This document shows, piece after piece, positions 1 through 8,237 of a stretch of 64,000 bases of DNA (within the stretch, counting starts at the first letter, position 1; the number at the start of each line of letters is the position of its first letter). The position numbers and the translations under genes are program-made. A model generated the notes under the pieces. It was not told the DNA's origin. It did no database searches and saw only the letters and a program-made list of their open reading frames with translations. The DNA lies in NCBI GenBank assembly GCA_963811225.1, contig CAWEQO010000004.1, positions 300,762 through 364,761 on the forward strand, in the 5' to 3' direction. This stretch comes from an uncultured Chloroflexia bacterium. GTDB taxonomy: Bacteria; Chloroflexota; Anaerolineae; Anaerolineales; Anaerolineaceae.

Positions 1-1006
1 GGGTGGGGTCGCTGGGGCGGAAGGTGGCCGGGACGATGTACTTCATGTCGGACACGTATTCGGTCACCATGCGGCCGGTACCCTCGGTGATGTCCTCCAC
101 GGAGACCACGTAGGATTCGTTGTCGCGCAGCGTGCCCACAGACGACCATTGGAGGGTGACGCTGTCGCCGGCGGACATGAAAGCGGCGCCATCGGCTGGC
201 AGCAGCAGGTTAGCGGCTGCGTATGGTGGGGGCGGCGTGGCGGTGGGGGTGGGCCCGGGGGTCGGATTGCGGCGGCACAGCGGGATCTTCAGCAGCATAC
301 CCTCGTAGACGGTATCGCTGAGCATGCCGTTGTACTCCTTGATCGCGTCCATGCTGACGTTGTAGTTCCCGGCGATGCCGCTCAACGTGTCGTTGGCGCT
401 GACGGTGTAATCGAACTTCTCGCAGGCCACGTCGGTCGCCTCGGCCGCGCTTAAAGTGGTGGTGGGTTGGGGCGATGCTGTTGGGGTGGGCTGCGGGATC
501 TGCAGCGCCTGGCCGACGGACAAATTGGTGCAGTCGGCGGATAACTTATTGAGCAGGACGATGCTTTGGATCGTAACATCGAACTGCGATGCGATCACAA
601 TGCAGTTGTCGCCGGACTGGACGGTATATTCCAGCGGAGGCAGCGGAGTCCAAGTTGCCATGGGGGTGGCAGTGGCGGCGGTGGTGGGCGTCAGCGTGAT
701 GGTGGGTGTGACGGAACTGGTCGGTGTGAGGGTGACTTCCGCCAAGGCTTGCCCGCCCGGGCCGCCACCCAGGAGCATGTAAACGGTTCCCGCGCCGATG
801 GCAAGCACCAGCACGATCATTCCAAGGACCACCGGCAGGCTGACGGTCAGCGTCGGCAAATGTGGTCCTTGGATCGCTTTCGCCGCCTTTTTCCCCTCGG
901 CTGCCGTAAAATTCCTGCCGCACACCAGGCAGCGAGTGGCATTCTCGCTCAGGCGTGAACCGCAGGTCGGACAGACTTTTGTGTTTGAGGTTGAGGATTC
1001 AGTCAT
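1..1006 (-). CDS. Zinc-ribbon / single-pass membrane / tandem LysM-domain protein (3' end runs off the window)
   Basis: Own minus-strand translation from ATG at 1006. It is absent from the ORF track because it is open at the window edge. It reads MTESSTSNTKVCPTCGSRLSENATRCLVCG (CxxC..CxxC), then a hydrophobic helix LPVVLGMIVLVLAIGAGTVYML, a PT-rich linker, and two LysM-like units (YTVQSGDNCIVIASQF..VGQALQIP; YTVSANDTLSGIAGNY..GMLLKIP). Listed ORFs 546..923(-) and 566..958(+) are shadow frames of it. Confidence 0.75.
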   Translation of the reverse strand, partial: MTESSTSNTKVCPTCGSRLSENATRCLVCGRNFTAAEGKKAAKAIQGPHLPTLTVSLPVVLGMIVLVLAIGAGTVYMLLGGGPGGQALAEVTLTPTSSVTPTITLTPTTAATATPMATWTPLPPLEYTVQSGDNCIVIASQFDVTIQSIVLLNKLSADCTNLSVGQALQIPQPTPTASPQPTTTLSAAEATDVACEKFDYTVSANDTLSGIAGNYNVSMDAIKEYNGMLSDTVYEGMLLKIPLCRRNPTPGPTPTATPPPPYAAANLLLPADGAAFMSAGDSVTLQWSSVGTLRDNESYVVSVEDITEGTGRMVTEYVSDMKYIVPATFRPSDPT

Positions 1007-1144
1007 AGGCTTTTTCTGGGGGTTTCCCTTGCATAGCGGGAAATTATATCACATCCTTTTCTCGCTTCTGGAAATGGGGATTTACCGGGTCTAAAATGTT
1101 GCTTACCTTTGCAACCATTTGCGATTGTGATATCCTGTCAGTTG

Positions 1145-2332
1145 ATGAAAGATCTTAGCCTTTACGTGCATATACCATTTTGCAGGCACCGCTGCGCCTA
1201 CTGCGATTTTAACACAGTTGCCGGGCATGAACCGATGATTCCCGAATACGTGCGGGCGCTGTGCCGGGAGATTGAGCTGGTGGCCCAATCGGCCGGGCCG
1301 CGCTTGTCTGCGCATACCATCTTCTTTGGCGGCGGCACGCCCTCGCTGCTCCCGTTGGCCGATCTGGAGACGGTCCTGGACACGCTGGCGCAGAACTTCA
1401 CCTTGCGGGAAGGGGCGGAGGTCAGCCTGGAGGCCAACCCCGGCACCGTCTCGCCCGAGTATCTGAAAGGCCTGCGCCGCGCCGGGGTCAACCGCTTGAG
1501 CTTCGGGATGCAGTCGGCCAACCCGGACGATTTGCGCCTGCTGGAGCGCATCCACAGTTATCAAGATGTGGCCGCTGCAGTGCGCTGGGCGCGCCAGGCG
1601 GGCTTTGATAACCTCAACCTGGACCTGATCTTCGGCTTGCCTTACCAGAGCATTGAGCGTTGGGGGGAAACCCTCGACCGGGCGCTGGCGCTGCAGCCCG
1701 AACACTTCTCGCTGTACTCGCTGATCGTCGAGCCGGGCACGCCGCTGCATCGTTGGGTTGGCCGCGGGCTGCTGGATGCGCCGGACGATGAACTGGCTGC
1801 CGATATGTACGATCTGGCGAGTGAGCGGTTGGAGGCTGCGGGTTACCATCAATATGAGATCTCGAACTGGGCGCGCTGCGGCGAGGATGGGCAGGTGCTG
1901 GCCTGCCGGCACAACTTGCAGTACTGGCGGAACCAGCCCTATCTTGGGCTTGGATCGGGCGCTCATGGTTATGCCAACGGAAAACGTGTAGCAAATGTAA
2001 AGGGAATCAAGCCATTTGTCAAGCGCAGCCTGGAGCGTGAAGCGCAGGGATTCCCGGCCGGCCCGGCGGTTGAGGACGTGAATCCGATCGACCGCCGAAC
2101 GGAAATGCAGGAGACGCTCATGGTGGGGCTGCGCCTGACGGAAGAGGGGGTCTCGGCGCAGGCTTTCCAGGAGCGATTCGGAGAGCCGCTGCAGCAGGTC
2201 TTCCGGCGCGAGATCCGGCGGCTGACGGACATCGGTTTGCTGGAATGGGCAGGGCCAGAGGGGGACATCCTGCGCCTGACCAAACGCGGCCGTTTGCTGG
2301 GCAATCAAGTTTTCATGCAGTTTGTGGGTTAA
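1145..2332 (+). CDS. hemW: Radical SAM family heme chaperone HemW (oxygen-independent coproporphyrinogen oxidase-like)
   Basis: MKDLSLYVHIPFCRHRCAYCDFN carries the CxxxCxxC radical-SAM motif at the N-terminus, with family-typical length and C-terminal region. Start moved from the TTG at 1109 to the in-frame ATG at 1145, which gives the canonical N-terminus. Confidence 0.9.
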   Translation: MKDLSLYVHIPFCRHRCAYCDFNTVAGHEPMIPEYVRALCREIELVAQSAGPRLSAHTIFFGGGTPSLLPLADLETVLDTLAQNFTLREGAEVSLEANPGTVSPEYLKGLRRAGVNRLSFGMQSANPDDLRLLERIHSYQDVAAAVRWARQAGFDNLNLDLIFGLPYQSIERWGETLDRALALQPEHFSLYSLIVEPGTPLHRWVGRGLLDAPDDELAADMYDLASERLEAAGYHQYEISNWARCGEDGQVLACRHNLQYWRNQPYLGLGSGAHGYANGKRVANVKGIKPFVKRSLEREAQGFPAGPAVEDVNPIDRRTEMQETLMVGLRLTEEGVSAQAFQERFGEPLQQVFRREIRRLTDIGLLEWAGPEGDILRLTKRGRLLGNQVFMQFVG

Positions 2333-2389
2333 AAAGGGAACGCAGGCAGTGGATGGCTGCAGCCATCCACTGCCTGCGTTCTCTTTTTA
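2331..2389. terminator. Bidirectional intrinsic terminator (44-bp perfect palindrome)
   Basis: Arms 2338..2359 and 2360..2381 (GAACGCAGGCAGTGGATGGCTG / CAGCCATCCACTGCCTGCGTTC) are flanked by AAAAA on the 5' side and TCTTTTT on the 3' side. It sits between the convergent hemW and L,D-transpeptidase genes. Confidence 0.7.
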
Positions 2390-3415
2390 ACCCACAACCA
2401 CTTCGGTTCCAAAACCTCGGGTCTCCCTCATTGCATCGTCTGCGACCGGAGTTGTCCAACGGAAAATCCATTTGGCGTCGGCAGAGGGCATGTTGACGCA
2501 GCCGTGGCTCATGGGGGCGCCGTAGTTGGTGTGCCAGTAGGTGCCGTGGGTTGCCACACCGGTTGGGTGGAAGAAGCACACCCAGGGCACGCCGGGCAGC
2601 TCGTATGCGTCGATGTCGGAGGTCAGGTCGCCGTTGCCCATGTGCTTGGAGGGCATCTTGGAGAAGATGTGCCAGGTACCGGAGGGGGTTTTCCAGGGAA
2701 TCTCGCCATCTGGGCGGCGGTTCAGCCCGGACGAAATCCGCGTTTGCCTGACGGGTTCGTCGTTCTCATAGGCGGTGAGCGTTTGCTTGGAAATGCTGAC
2801 TTCGATGCGTTTTTTGTGAGCCGGTACGTTCGACGAGAGCGGGGTCAGTTCTTCCGGCGGGATCAAGCGCACCTGGGATGCGGGCACGGTGTACAACATT
2901 TTGCTCCAGGCTTCCTTGATCTGGTACCAGGGCTGGCTGTCCGGGCCTTCCACAATGTCGTTGACCCAGTGGACCGATTGGTAATACAGGCGGTAGAGCG
3001 CCTGCCAGCGCCCACCGGTATTCTGCATGGAATCACTAAACGGCACGGTGATCTCGCCAAGCTGACCGTGCTCCGGAATAGAAGAGGCCACCGGGTTGTA
3101 CTGCGTCATGACGTGCTGCAGGCGGGCGCTGTGGATATAACCGCCCCACACCCGGTACCACAGCGGATTGTATTCCGGGCCGTGCTCGGAGACCACCGAA
3201 TAATACAGGTTCACCAGCTGATCGCGGTACAGCGAAAACATGACTTCGCTTTCGTCCCAGGGCTCTTTGTACACAGAGACGGACTCAATCGTGATGCGGG
3301 CAAATTCTAAGTTGGAGGGTGTGTCGGAGGGGTGGAAGTATGGGCGGAAAGCTAAACCGCCCAGTCCGAGCAGGCTGAGCTTGAGGAAATCACGCCGAGA
3401 GTGCACACGCTTCAT
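2387..3415 (-). CDS. L,D-transpeptidase family protein (YkuD domain) with Tat-like signal
   Basis: N-terminus MKRVHSRRDFLKLSLLGLGGLAF is a twin-arginine-like signal. The C-terminal HGTYWHTNYGAPMSHGCVNM matches the YkuD catalytic His/Cys motif. Paralog of 22145..23188. Confidence 0.85.
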   Translation of the reverse strand: MKRVHSRRDFLKLSLLGLGGLAFRPYFHPSDTPSNLEFARITIESVSVYKEPWDESEVMFSLYRDQLVNLYYSVVSEHGPEYNPLWYRVWGGYIHSARLQHVMTQYNPVASSIPEHGQLGEITVPFSDSMQNTGGRWQALYRLYYQSVHWVNDIVEGPDSQPWYQIKEAWSKMLYTVPASQVRLIPPEELTPLSSNVPAHKKRIEVSISKQTLTAYENDEPVRQTRISSGLNRRPDGEIPWKTPSGTWHIFSKMPSKHMGNGDLTSDIDAYELPGVPWVCFFHPTGVATHGTYWHTNYGAPMSHGCVNMPSADAKWIFRWTTPVADDAMRETRGFGTEVVVG

Positions 3416-3422
3416 ATTTTGG

Positions 3423-3430
3423 ATTATACA
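3423..3430 (-). promoter_or_regulatory. Extended -10 element (TGTATAAT) 7 nt upstream of the ATG; implies a leaderless mRNA
   Basis: The minus strand reads cTGTATAATccaaaatATG with no Shine-Dalgarno sequence. The same architecture is seen at the paralog (22129..22137). Confidence 0.45.
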
Positions 3431-3454
3431 GGGAAAAGCCGCATTTTTTGCATC

Positions 3455-4405
3455 CTAATGCAGCTCGCCGTCTGTACATGGGCAGATCAGCTCGATGGCA
3501 TGCGGCACGATCTCGATGATGACTTGCTCGCAGCCCTCGCTAATCTCCTCACCGTCTGCATGCACGGGCAGCTGTCCAGCGATTGCCCGCACGGTTACTC
3601 TCTCTGTACGGCAGAACTTGATCGCAGGGTGGCCGAACTGGCTGCCCTGCAAGAAACGAGGGATCAGCTGCCAGATGACCGAGGGAGGAACTTCATCGGC
3701 GATGACCACGTCGAACAGGCCGTCGTTTGGGGCTGCCTGGGGCGCCATCATAAAGCCGCCCGCCATGCGCCGGCCGTTCATAATCGAGACCATCAAAGAA
3801 GGCTGCACGAAGGATTCACCCCCCAAATCGATCTTGACCGTAGGAGCTTCGAAGTAGCGGTAAATGGTCTGTATGGCAGCGATCAGGTAACCGGCAAAAC
3901 CGCGCAAGCGTTTCTGGCTTGCAACGAAACTGACCACGGCATCGAAACCGATTCCGACCCCGTTACCAAAGTAGCGCCCTTCCGGGTACTGTCCGCCGCA
4001 CAGAAGGCCGATGTCTACCCAGCGCGTTTCGCGTTCCGCCAGGATCTTAATGCTCTTGCGAAAGTCGAGCGGCAAGCCCATGCCGAAGGCGAAGTCATTG
4101 CCCCCGCCGATGGGGATGATGCCCAGCGCCGCCGTTCCGACCCCGGCCTGCCGAGCGCGGATAATGCCGTTAATGATCTCATTGGTGGTGCCGTCTCCGC
4201 CGACCGCGATCAGGGTGTCGAAGCCTTCCAGAATGGCAGACTCGGCGATGTCGGCGGCGTGGAAGGGGAACTCGGTGCAAACCAGATCGTATCCGATGCC
4301 ATACTTGCTCAGGGCTTCCTCGACAGCCGGAATCGCTCGCCTGGCTGCGCCTCTGCCTGCGGTTGGATTGACGATCACTTTATAGCGGTTGGCGTCATCT
4401 CTCAT
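3455..4405 (-). CDS. Diacylglycerol kinase family lipid kinase (YegS/BmrU-like)
   Basis: KVIVNPTAGRGAA ... LIAVGGDGTTNE matches the DAGK catalytic-domain signature. Confidence 0.85.
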   Translation of the reverse strand: MRDDANRYKVIVNPTAGRGAARRAIPAVEEALSKYGIGYDLVCTEFPFHAADIAESAILEGFDTLIAVGGDGTTNEIINGIIRARQAGVGTAALGIIPIGGGNDFAFGMGLPLDFRKSIKILAERETRWVDIGLLCGGQYPEGRYFGNGVGIGFDAVVSFVASQKRLRGFAGYLIAAIQTIYRYFEAPTVKIDLGGESFVQPSLMVSIMNGRRMAGGFMMAPQAAPNDGLFDVVIADEVPPSVIWQLIPRFLQGSQFGHPAIKFCRTERVTVRAIAGQLPVHADGEEISEGCEQVIIEIVPHAIELICPCTDGELH

Positions 4406-4559
4406 CGTAAATCTACCTGAATTGTATGGATTGGGCCGTCTGACAGCGTGAAAATTATAGCACCGGCGATTGATGATGGCAAAACCTACCTCATATAACC
4501 CAGGGCGCCGGTAGAAGTTGCGCCTGCAAGGGTCATACCCCAGTCACCCCAAAAGCGGA

Positions 4560-4589
4560 TTGACTTTCACCCCCGGCTCGCACTATTAT
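4560..4589 (+). promoter_or_regulatory. Sigma-70-like promoter candidate for the six-gene operon
   Basis: TTGACT (4560..4565), an 18-nt spacer, then TATTAT (4584..4589). It lies 44 nt upstream of the ATG at 4633, which has a GGGAGG Shine-Dalgarno at 4618..4623. Confidence 0.4.
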
Positions 4590-4632
4590 GTAAATGGTAG
4601 AGTTTGTCTTTTTTATAGGGAGGAATCTCAAT

Positions 4633-6099
4633 ATGTTCGCCGTGCATGCGTTTTCTCAGCAAGACCCACAGTGGAAAGAGAAAAAGCTCGGCCTCAGCAA
4701 AGAGCTGACGATTGGGCAGTTCGGCTGCCTGCTGACCTCTATTACGATGGTATCCAATGGATTCGGTTACAGCGAAACCCCGGCTTCCTTAAATGACAAA
4801 ATGGCCGCGGCAGGCGGCTTTGTGGGCGGCCTGATCCGGCCCACCACAGTCTCGAACGTGCTCCCCGGCGTTCGTTATCAAAAGCGCATCCAATGCAACA
4901 ACCCGCCTGCGCCGTTATCGGAGATCGATGCGGCCCTAAGCGCGGGGATGCCGGTAATCGTCAAGGTGGACGCATCCCCCGCCGATGGTGTGCAGGATCA
5001 CTGGATCGTCGTGGTGGGCAAGGCAGACGGAGGTGATTACTGGGTCCAGGATACCTGGCGCTTTCCCACCGAGGCGAAATTGATCTTGATCACCAGCCGG
5101 TATGGCTTTGGGCGCAAACCGAACGAAATCATCAAGGATTCCCTCTTCTACGAGGGCACACCGCGCCCGGATGCCAAAGGCAGCACGACTGTTCCTGCGC
5201 CGGTTGTGGTGGCCCCTCGCAGCGGTCCAAAGCCCATTCCTGCCAACGCATTAAATGTCTACGTCACCGCCGACAGCCTTGCTCTCCGCGAGCAGCCCTT
5301 CATTGAGAACAACATCATGCGCCGTCTGCCGATCCAGACCAGGCTGATCGTGCTGGAACCGCCGGAAGAGGCGCAGAAGAAGATCGGGGTGGACAACCAG
5401 TGGTTGGAGATCGAGGAGCCCGTGCGCCATGAGCAAGGCTATGTGGCGGCCTGGTACGTCTCGATGACCACGCCCGAGGTTCCAGATATCCCCGCTGCGC
5501 CTGACGGGACAGCAACCCAACCCCAGCAGCCCAGGCCTGAGGGCTTCGTGGTGTACGCTTCGGGCGATAACCTGGCCGTGCGCAGTAGTCCGATGATCGG
5601 GAATAACTTGCTCAAGCGCGTGCCGGTCAACACGCAATTTATTGCGCTCGACTCAGAATACTCGGCGAAACAGAAGTTCGGCAAAGAGGGCCAGTGGCTG
5701 AAGGTGCGCGATATTTCAGGGGATGAGGGCTATGTGGCTGCCTGGTGCCTGTCGCTGTACGAGTTTACCCCACCGCTGGGGCCTGTCCCGGCGACACCGA
5801 CCCCGCCTTCGGCCACCATCACGGCGGCGGTGAATGGATCCGGCCAACTGATCGTGCGGACCACCGTATCGGACCTGGCGTTCCGCTCGCAGCCGGTCAT
5901 CCTGGGTTCCACGCTGATCAAACGCCTGCCGCTGTCGACCGAGCTGCTGGCGATCGAACCGGTCAACGAGGCTGCGGCGAAGATCGGGGTGGTGAACCAG
6001 TGGATCCAAGTGCGTGATATTCAAGGGAATGAAGGCTATGTCGCAGCCTGGTACGTGGTGAAGAGTCCAAAATCATCGCTATCAGAGCAAACCGGGTAG
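4633..6099 (+). CDS. Papain-fold C39-like cysteine peptidase fused to three SH3b repeats, no signal peptide
   Basis: N-terminus FSQQDPQW..GQFGCLLTSITMV (Cys32) and DHWIVVVG (His123) resemble the Peptidase_C39_2-type Gln/Cys/His arrangement. Three repeats of about 70 aa each end in GYVAAW(Y/C)(V/L), which is SH3_3-like. Start set at the ATG with the GGGAGG SD; the ATG at 4594 lies at the predicted transcription start site. Confidence 0.75.
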   Translation: MFAVHAFSQQDPQWKEKKLGLSKELTIGQFGCLLTSITMVSNGFGYSETPASLNDKMAAAGGFVGGLIRPTTVSNVLPGVRYQKRIQCNNPPAPLSEIDAALSAGMPVIVKVDASPADGVQDHWIVVVGKADGGDYWVQDTWRFPTEAKLILITSRYGFGRKPNEIIKDSLFYEGTPRPDAKGSTTVPAPVVVAPRSGPKPIPANALNVYVTADSLALREQPFIENNIMRRLPIQTRLIVLEPPEEAQKKIGVDNQWLEIEEPVRHEQGYVAAWYVSMTTPEVPDIPAAPDGTATQPQQPRPEGFVVYASGDNLAVRSSPMIGNNLLKRVPVNTQFIALDSEYSAKQKFGKEGQWLKVRDISGDEGYVAAWCLSLYEFTPPLGPVPATPTPPSATITAAVNGSGQLIVRTTVSDLAFRSQPVILGSTLIKRLPLSTELLAIEPVNEAAAKIGVVNQWIQVRDIQGNEGYVAAWYVVKSPKSSLSEQTG

Positions 6100-6137
6100 A
6101 ACTGCTGCAGCAAGACAGGGCTGAAAGAAGGAGGCCC

Positions 6138-8237
6138 ATGAGCACAACTGCCGATCTTGAAATTGGCTTGCATCGTTATGATAGCAAGCAGTATGTCGTG
6201 GAGTTCCGCTTCAGCCCTCCAAACAGTGAGGGAGACATCCGCCTGGGGCAGAGCGACGTGATGACCGCTCAATTCGATTTTACGAAATTGAGCTCGCTCA
6301 TCTATGATTTACAGGAATACGGTAAGCTGCTGACGGCCGGGTTATTCTCCGACTCGGATGTCAAGTCTGCCTTTGCCCAGGCCTTCACAGCCGCCCAGTC
6401 GAATAGTACTCCCCTGCGCGTGCAGCTGCTGATCGGCCCGAGCGCCCCCGAGCTGCACGCGCTGCATTGGGAAACGCTGCGCGACCCCGCCGACGGCTCA
6501 CCCCTATGTACCAACCAAAATATTTTGTTCTCGCGCTACCTGAGCAGCCTGGATTGGCGTCCGGTGCGCCTGCGTCCCAAGCAGCAGTTCCGGGCCTTAC
6601 TGGTGGTGGCCAACCCGGAAGACCTGTCCGAGTTCGATCTCAACCCAGTCGATGTGCCGGGTGAGACCGGGCGTGCCAAAGCTGCTATGGAAAACGTGGC
6701 AGTCGATACGCTGCCGGACGAGCAAGGGGCGCGAGCGACGCTCAAGAACATCATCGGGCGCCTGGACGATGAGGATTACGACGTACTGTACCTGGTTGCT
6801 CATGGGGCGCTGATCAAGGACGAAGCCTGGCTGTGGCTGGAAGACGATGAGGGCTGCGTGGCCCGCACGGCAGGCAGCGATCTGGTCATGCGGCTCAAGG
6901 AGCTGGAGCAGCGGCCGCGCTTGATTGTTTTAGCGTCTTGCCAGAGCGCGGGCAAGGAGGATGCAGGCGCCGGCCGGCAGGGTGAAGCCCTGGCAGCCCT
7001 GGGGCCGCGCCTGGCCGAGGCAGGCATTCCGGCGGTGCTGGCCATGCAGGGCAACATCAGTCTCGAGACGGTCGCCGGCTTCATGCCGGAGTTCTTCAAG
7101 CAGCTGACCGACGACGGGCAGATCGACCGGGCGGCAGCGGTGGCGCGCGGAACGGTGCGCGAGCGCAGCGATGCCTGGATGCCGGCGCTGTTCATGCGCT
7201 TGCGCAGCGGCCGGATCTGGTACCTGCCGGGCTTCGGGGAGCAGCGCACGGATTTCGAAAAATGGCCCTCGCTCTTGCAGCGCATCAGCGATGGGCAGTG
7301 CACGCCTATCCTTGGTCAGGGCTTGACCGAGCCGATCATCGGCTCGCTGCACGATCTGGCCCGCCGCTGGGCCGAGAACTATCACTATCCCATGGCGCCT
7401 TACGAACGCGAGTCTTTGCCGCAAGTGGCCCAATACCTGACGATCAACCAGGACCCCAGCTTTCCCTTAGACACCCTTAAGAAGTACTTGCGCCAGGAAC
7501 TGCTGCAGAAGTTCGGGGATGATTTGCCGCCCGAGCTGGCGAAACCGAATTCGGCGCTGGACGATGTGCTGGATGCGGTGGGACGCAAGCGCTGGAAGGA
7601 CTCCCCGCAAGATCCATATCAGGTGCTGGCGCATTTACCCTTGCCGGTCTACATCACCACCACCTACAACCATTTGATGGTGGCGGCGTTGAAGGACGCC
7701 GGGAAAGACCCGCAGATGGTGGTGTGCCCCTGGAATGAGTATATTCAGCAGCCCAAATCGATCTACAACCGTGAGCCGAATTACTATCCCACCTGCCAGC
7801 GCCCGCTGGTCTACCAGCTGTTCGGCAGCCTTTCTGTCCAGGATTCGGTGGTGCTCACTGAGGATGATTACTTCGATTTCTTGATTGGGATCACCGGCAA
7901 CAAAGATCTGATCCCCCCGGTTGTGCGGGCTGCCCTGGCGAACACGGCCTTGTTGTTCCTCGGCTTCCAAATGGACGAGTGGAACTTCCGGGTGCTGTTC
8001 CGCAGCATCCTGGCTCAACAGGGCAGCGGACGCCGAGACCGCTACACCCACATTGCCGCCCAAATTGAGCCGGAAGAGGGACGGCTGCTTTCCCCAATCA
8101 ACGCGCAGCGCTACCTGGAAAATTATTTCAAAACCGAGTACATCAGCATCTTCTGGGGGAGTGCGGATGACTTTATCAAGCAGCTTTGGCAGAACTGGCA
8201 GCAGTACGGCCCAGGAGAATGCCATGACGATGCATGA
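6138..8237 (+). CDS. CHAT (caspase-like clan CD) protease fused to a C-terminal SIR2_2-like domain
   Basis: CHAT dyad: YLVAHG (His222) and LIVLASCQSAG (Cys268), preceded by LHWETLRDP. The C-terminal half follows the SIR2_2 motif order: ILGQGLT (Gly-rich loop), VYITTTYNHL (vs TTNYD), LVYQLFGSL..SVVLTEDDY (vs K-L-H-G-S..vlT..dY), LLFLGFQMDEWNF (vs GyS..D). GGAGG SD at 6129..6133. Confidence 0.8.
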   Translation: MSTTADLEIGLHRYDSKQYVVEFRFSPPNSEGDIRLGQSDVMTAQFDFTKLSSLIYDLQEYGKLLTAGLFSDSDVKSAFAQAFTAAQSNSTPLRVQLLIGPSAPELHALHWETLRDPADGSPLCTNQNILFSRYLSSLDWRPVRLRPKQQFRALLVVANPEDLSEFDLNPVDVPGETGRAKAAMENVAVDTLPDEQGARATLKNIIGRLDDEDYDVLYLVAHGALIKDEAWLWLEDDEGCVARTAGSDLVMRLKELEQRPRLIVLASCQSAGKEDAGAGRQGEALAALGPRLAEAGIPAVLAMQGNISLETVAGFMPEFFKQLTDDGQIDRAAAVARGTVRERSDAWMPALFMRLRSGRIWYLPGFGEQRTDFEKWPSLLQRISDGQCTPILGQGLTEPIIGSLHDLARRWAENYHYPMAPYERESLPQVAQYLTINQDPSFPLDTLKKYLRQELLQKFGDDLPPELAKPNSALDDVLDAVGRKRWKDSPQDPYQVLAHLPLPVYITTTYNHLMVAALKDAGKDPQMVVCPWNEYIQQPKSIYNREPNYYPTCQRPLVYQLFGSLSVQDSVVLTEDDYFDFLIGITGNKDLIPPVVRAALANTALLFLGFQMDEWNFRVLFRSILAQQGSGRRDRYTHIAAQIEPEEGRLLSPINAQRYLENYFKTEYISIFWGSADDFIKQLWQNWQQYGPGECHDDA

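Noticed and set aside
546-958. Track ORFs 546..923(-) and 566..958(+)
   Set aside because: Their translations are His/Arg/Gly-rich nonsense. A third frame on the minus strand, open to the window edge, encodes a coherent zinc-ribbon/TM/LysM protein.
1103-2308. 401-aa minus-strand ORF covering hemW
   Set aside because: It is antisense to a gene with clear radical-SAM motifs. The product is Arg/Pro/Gln-rich with no recognisable motif, which is the typical high-GC shadow ORF.
7921-8223. N-terminal 101 codons of the 1378-aa track ORF
   Set aside because: This stretch lies entirely inside the CHAT-SIR2 gene in another frame and is Ser/Cys/Thr-rich low-complexity sequence. The NTPase N-terminal motif begins right after the ATG at 8224.
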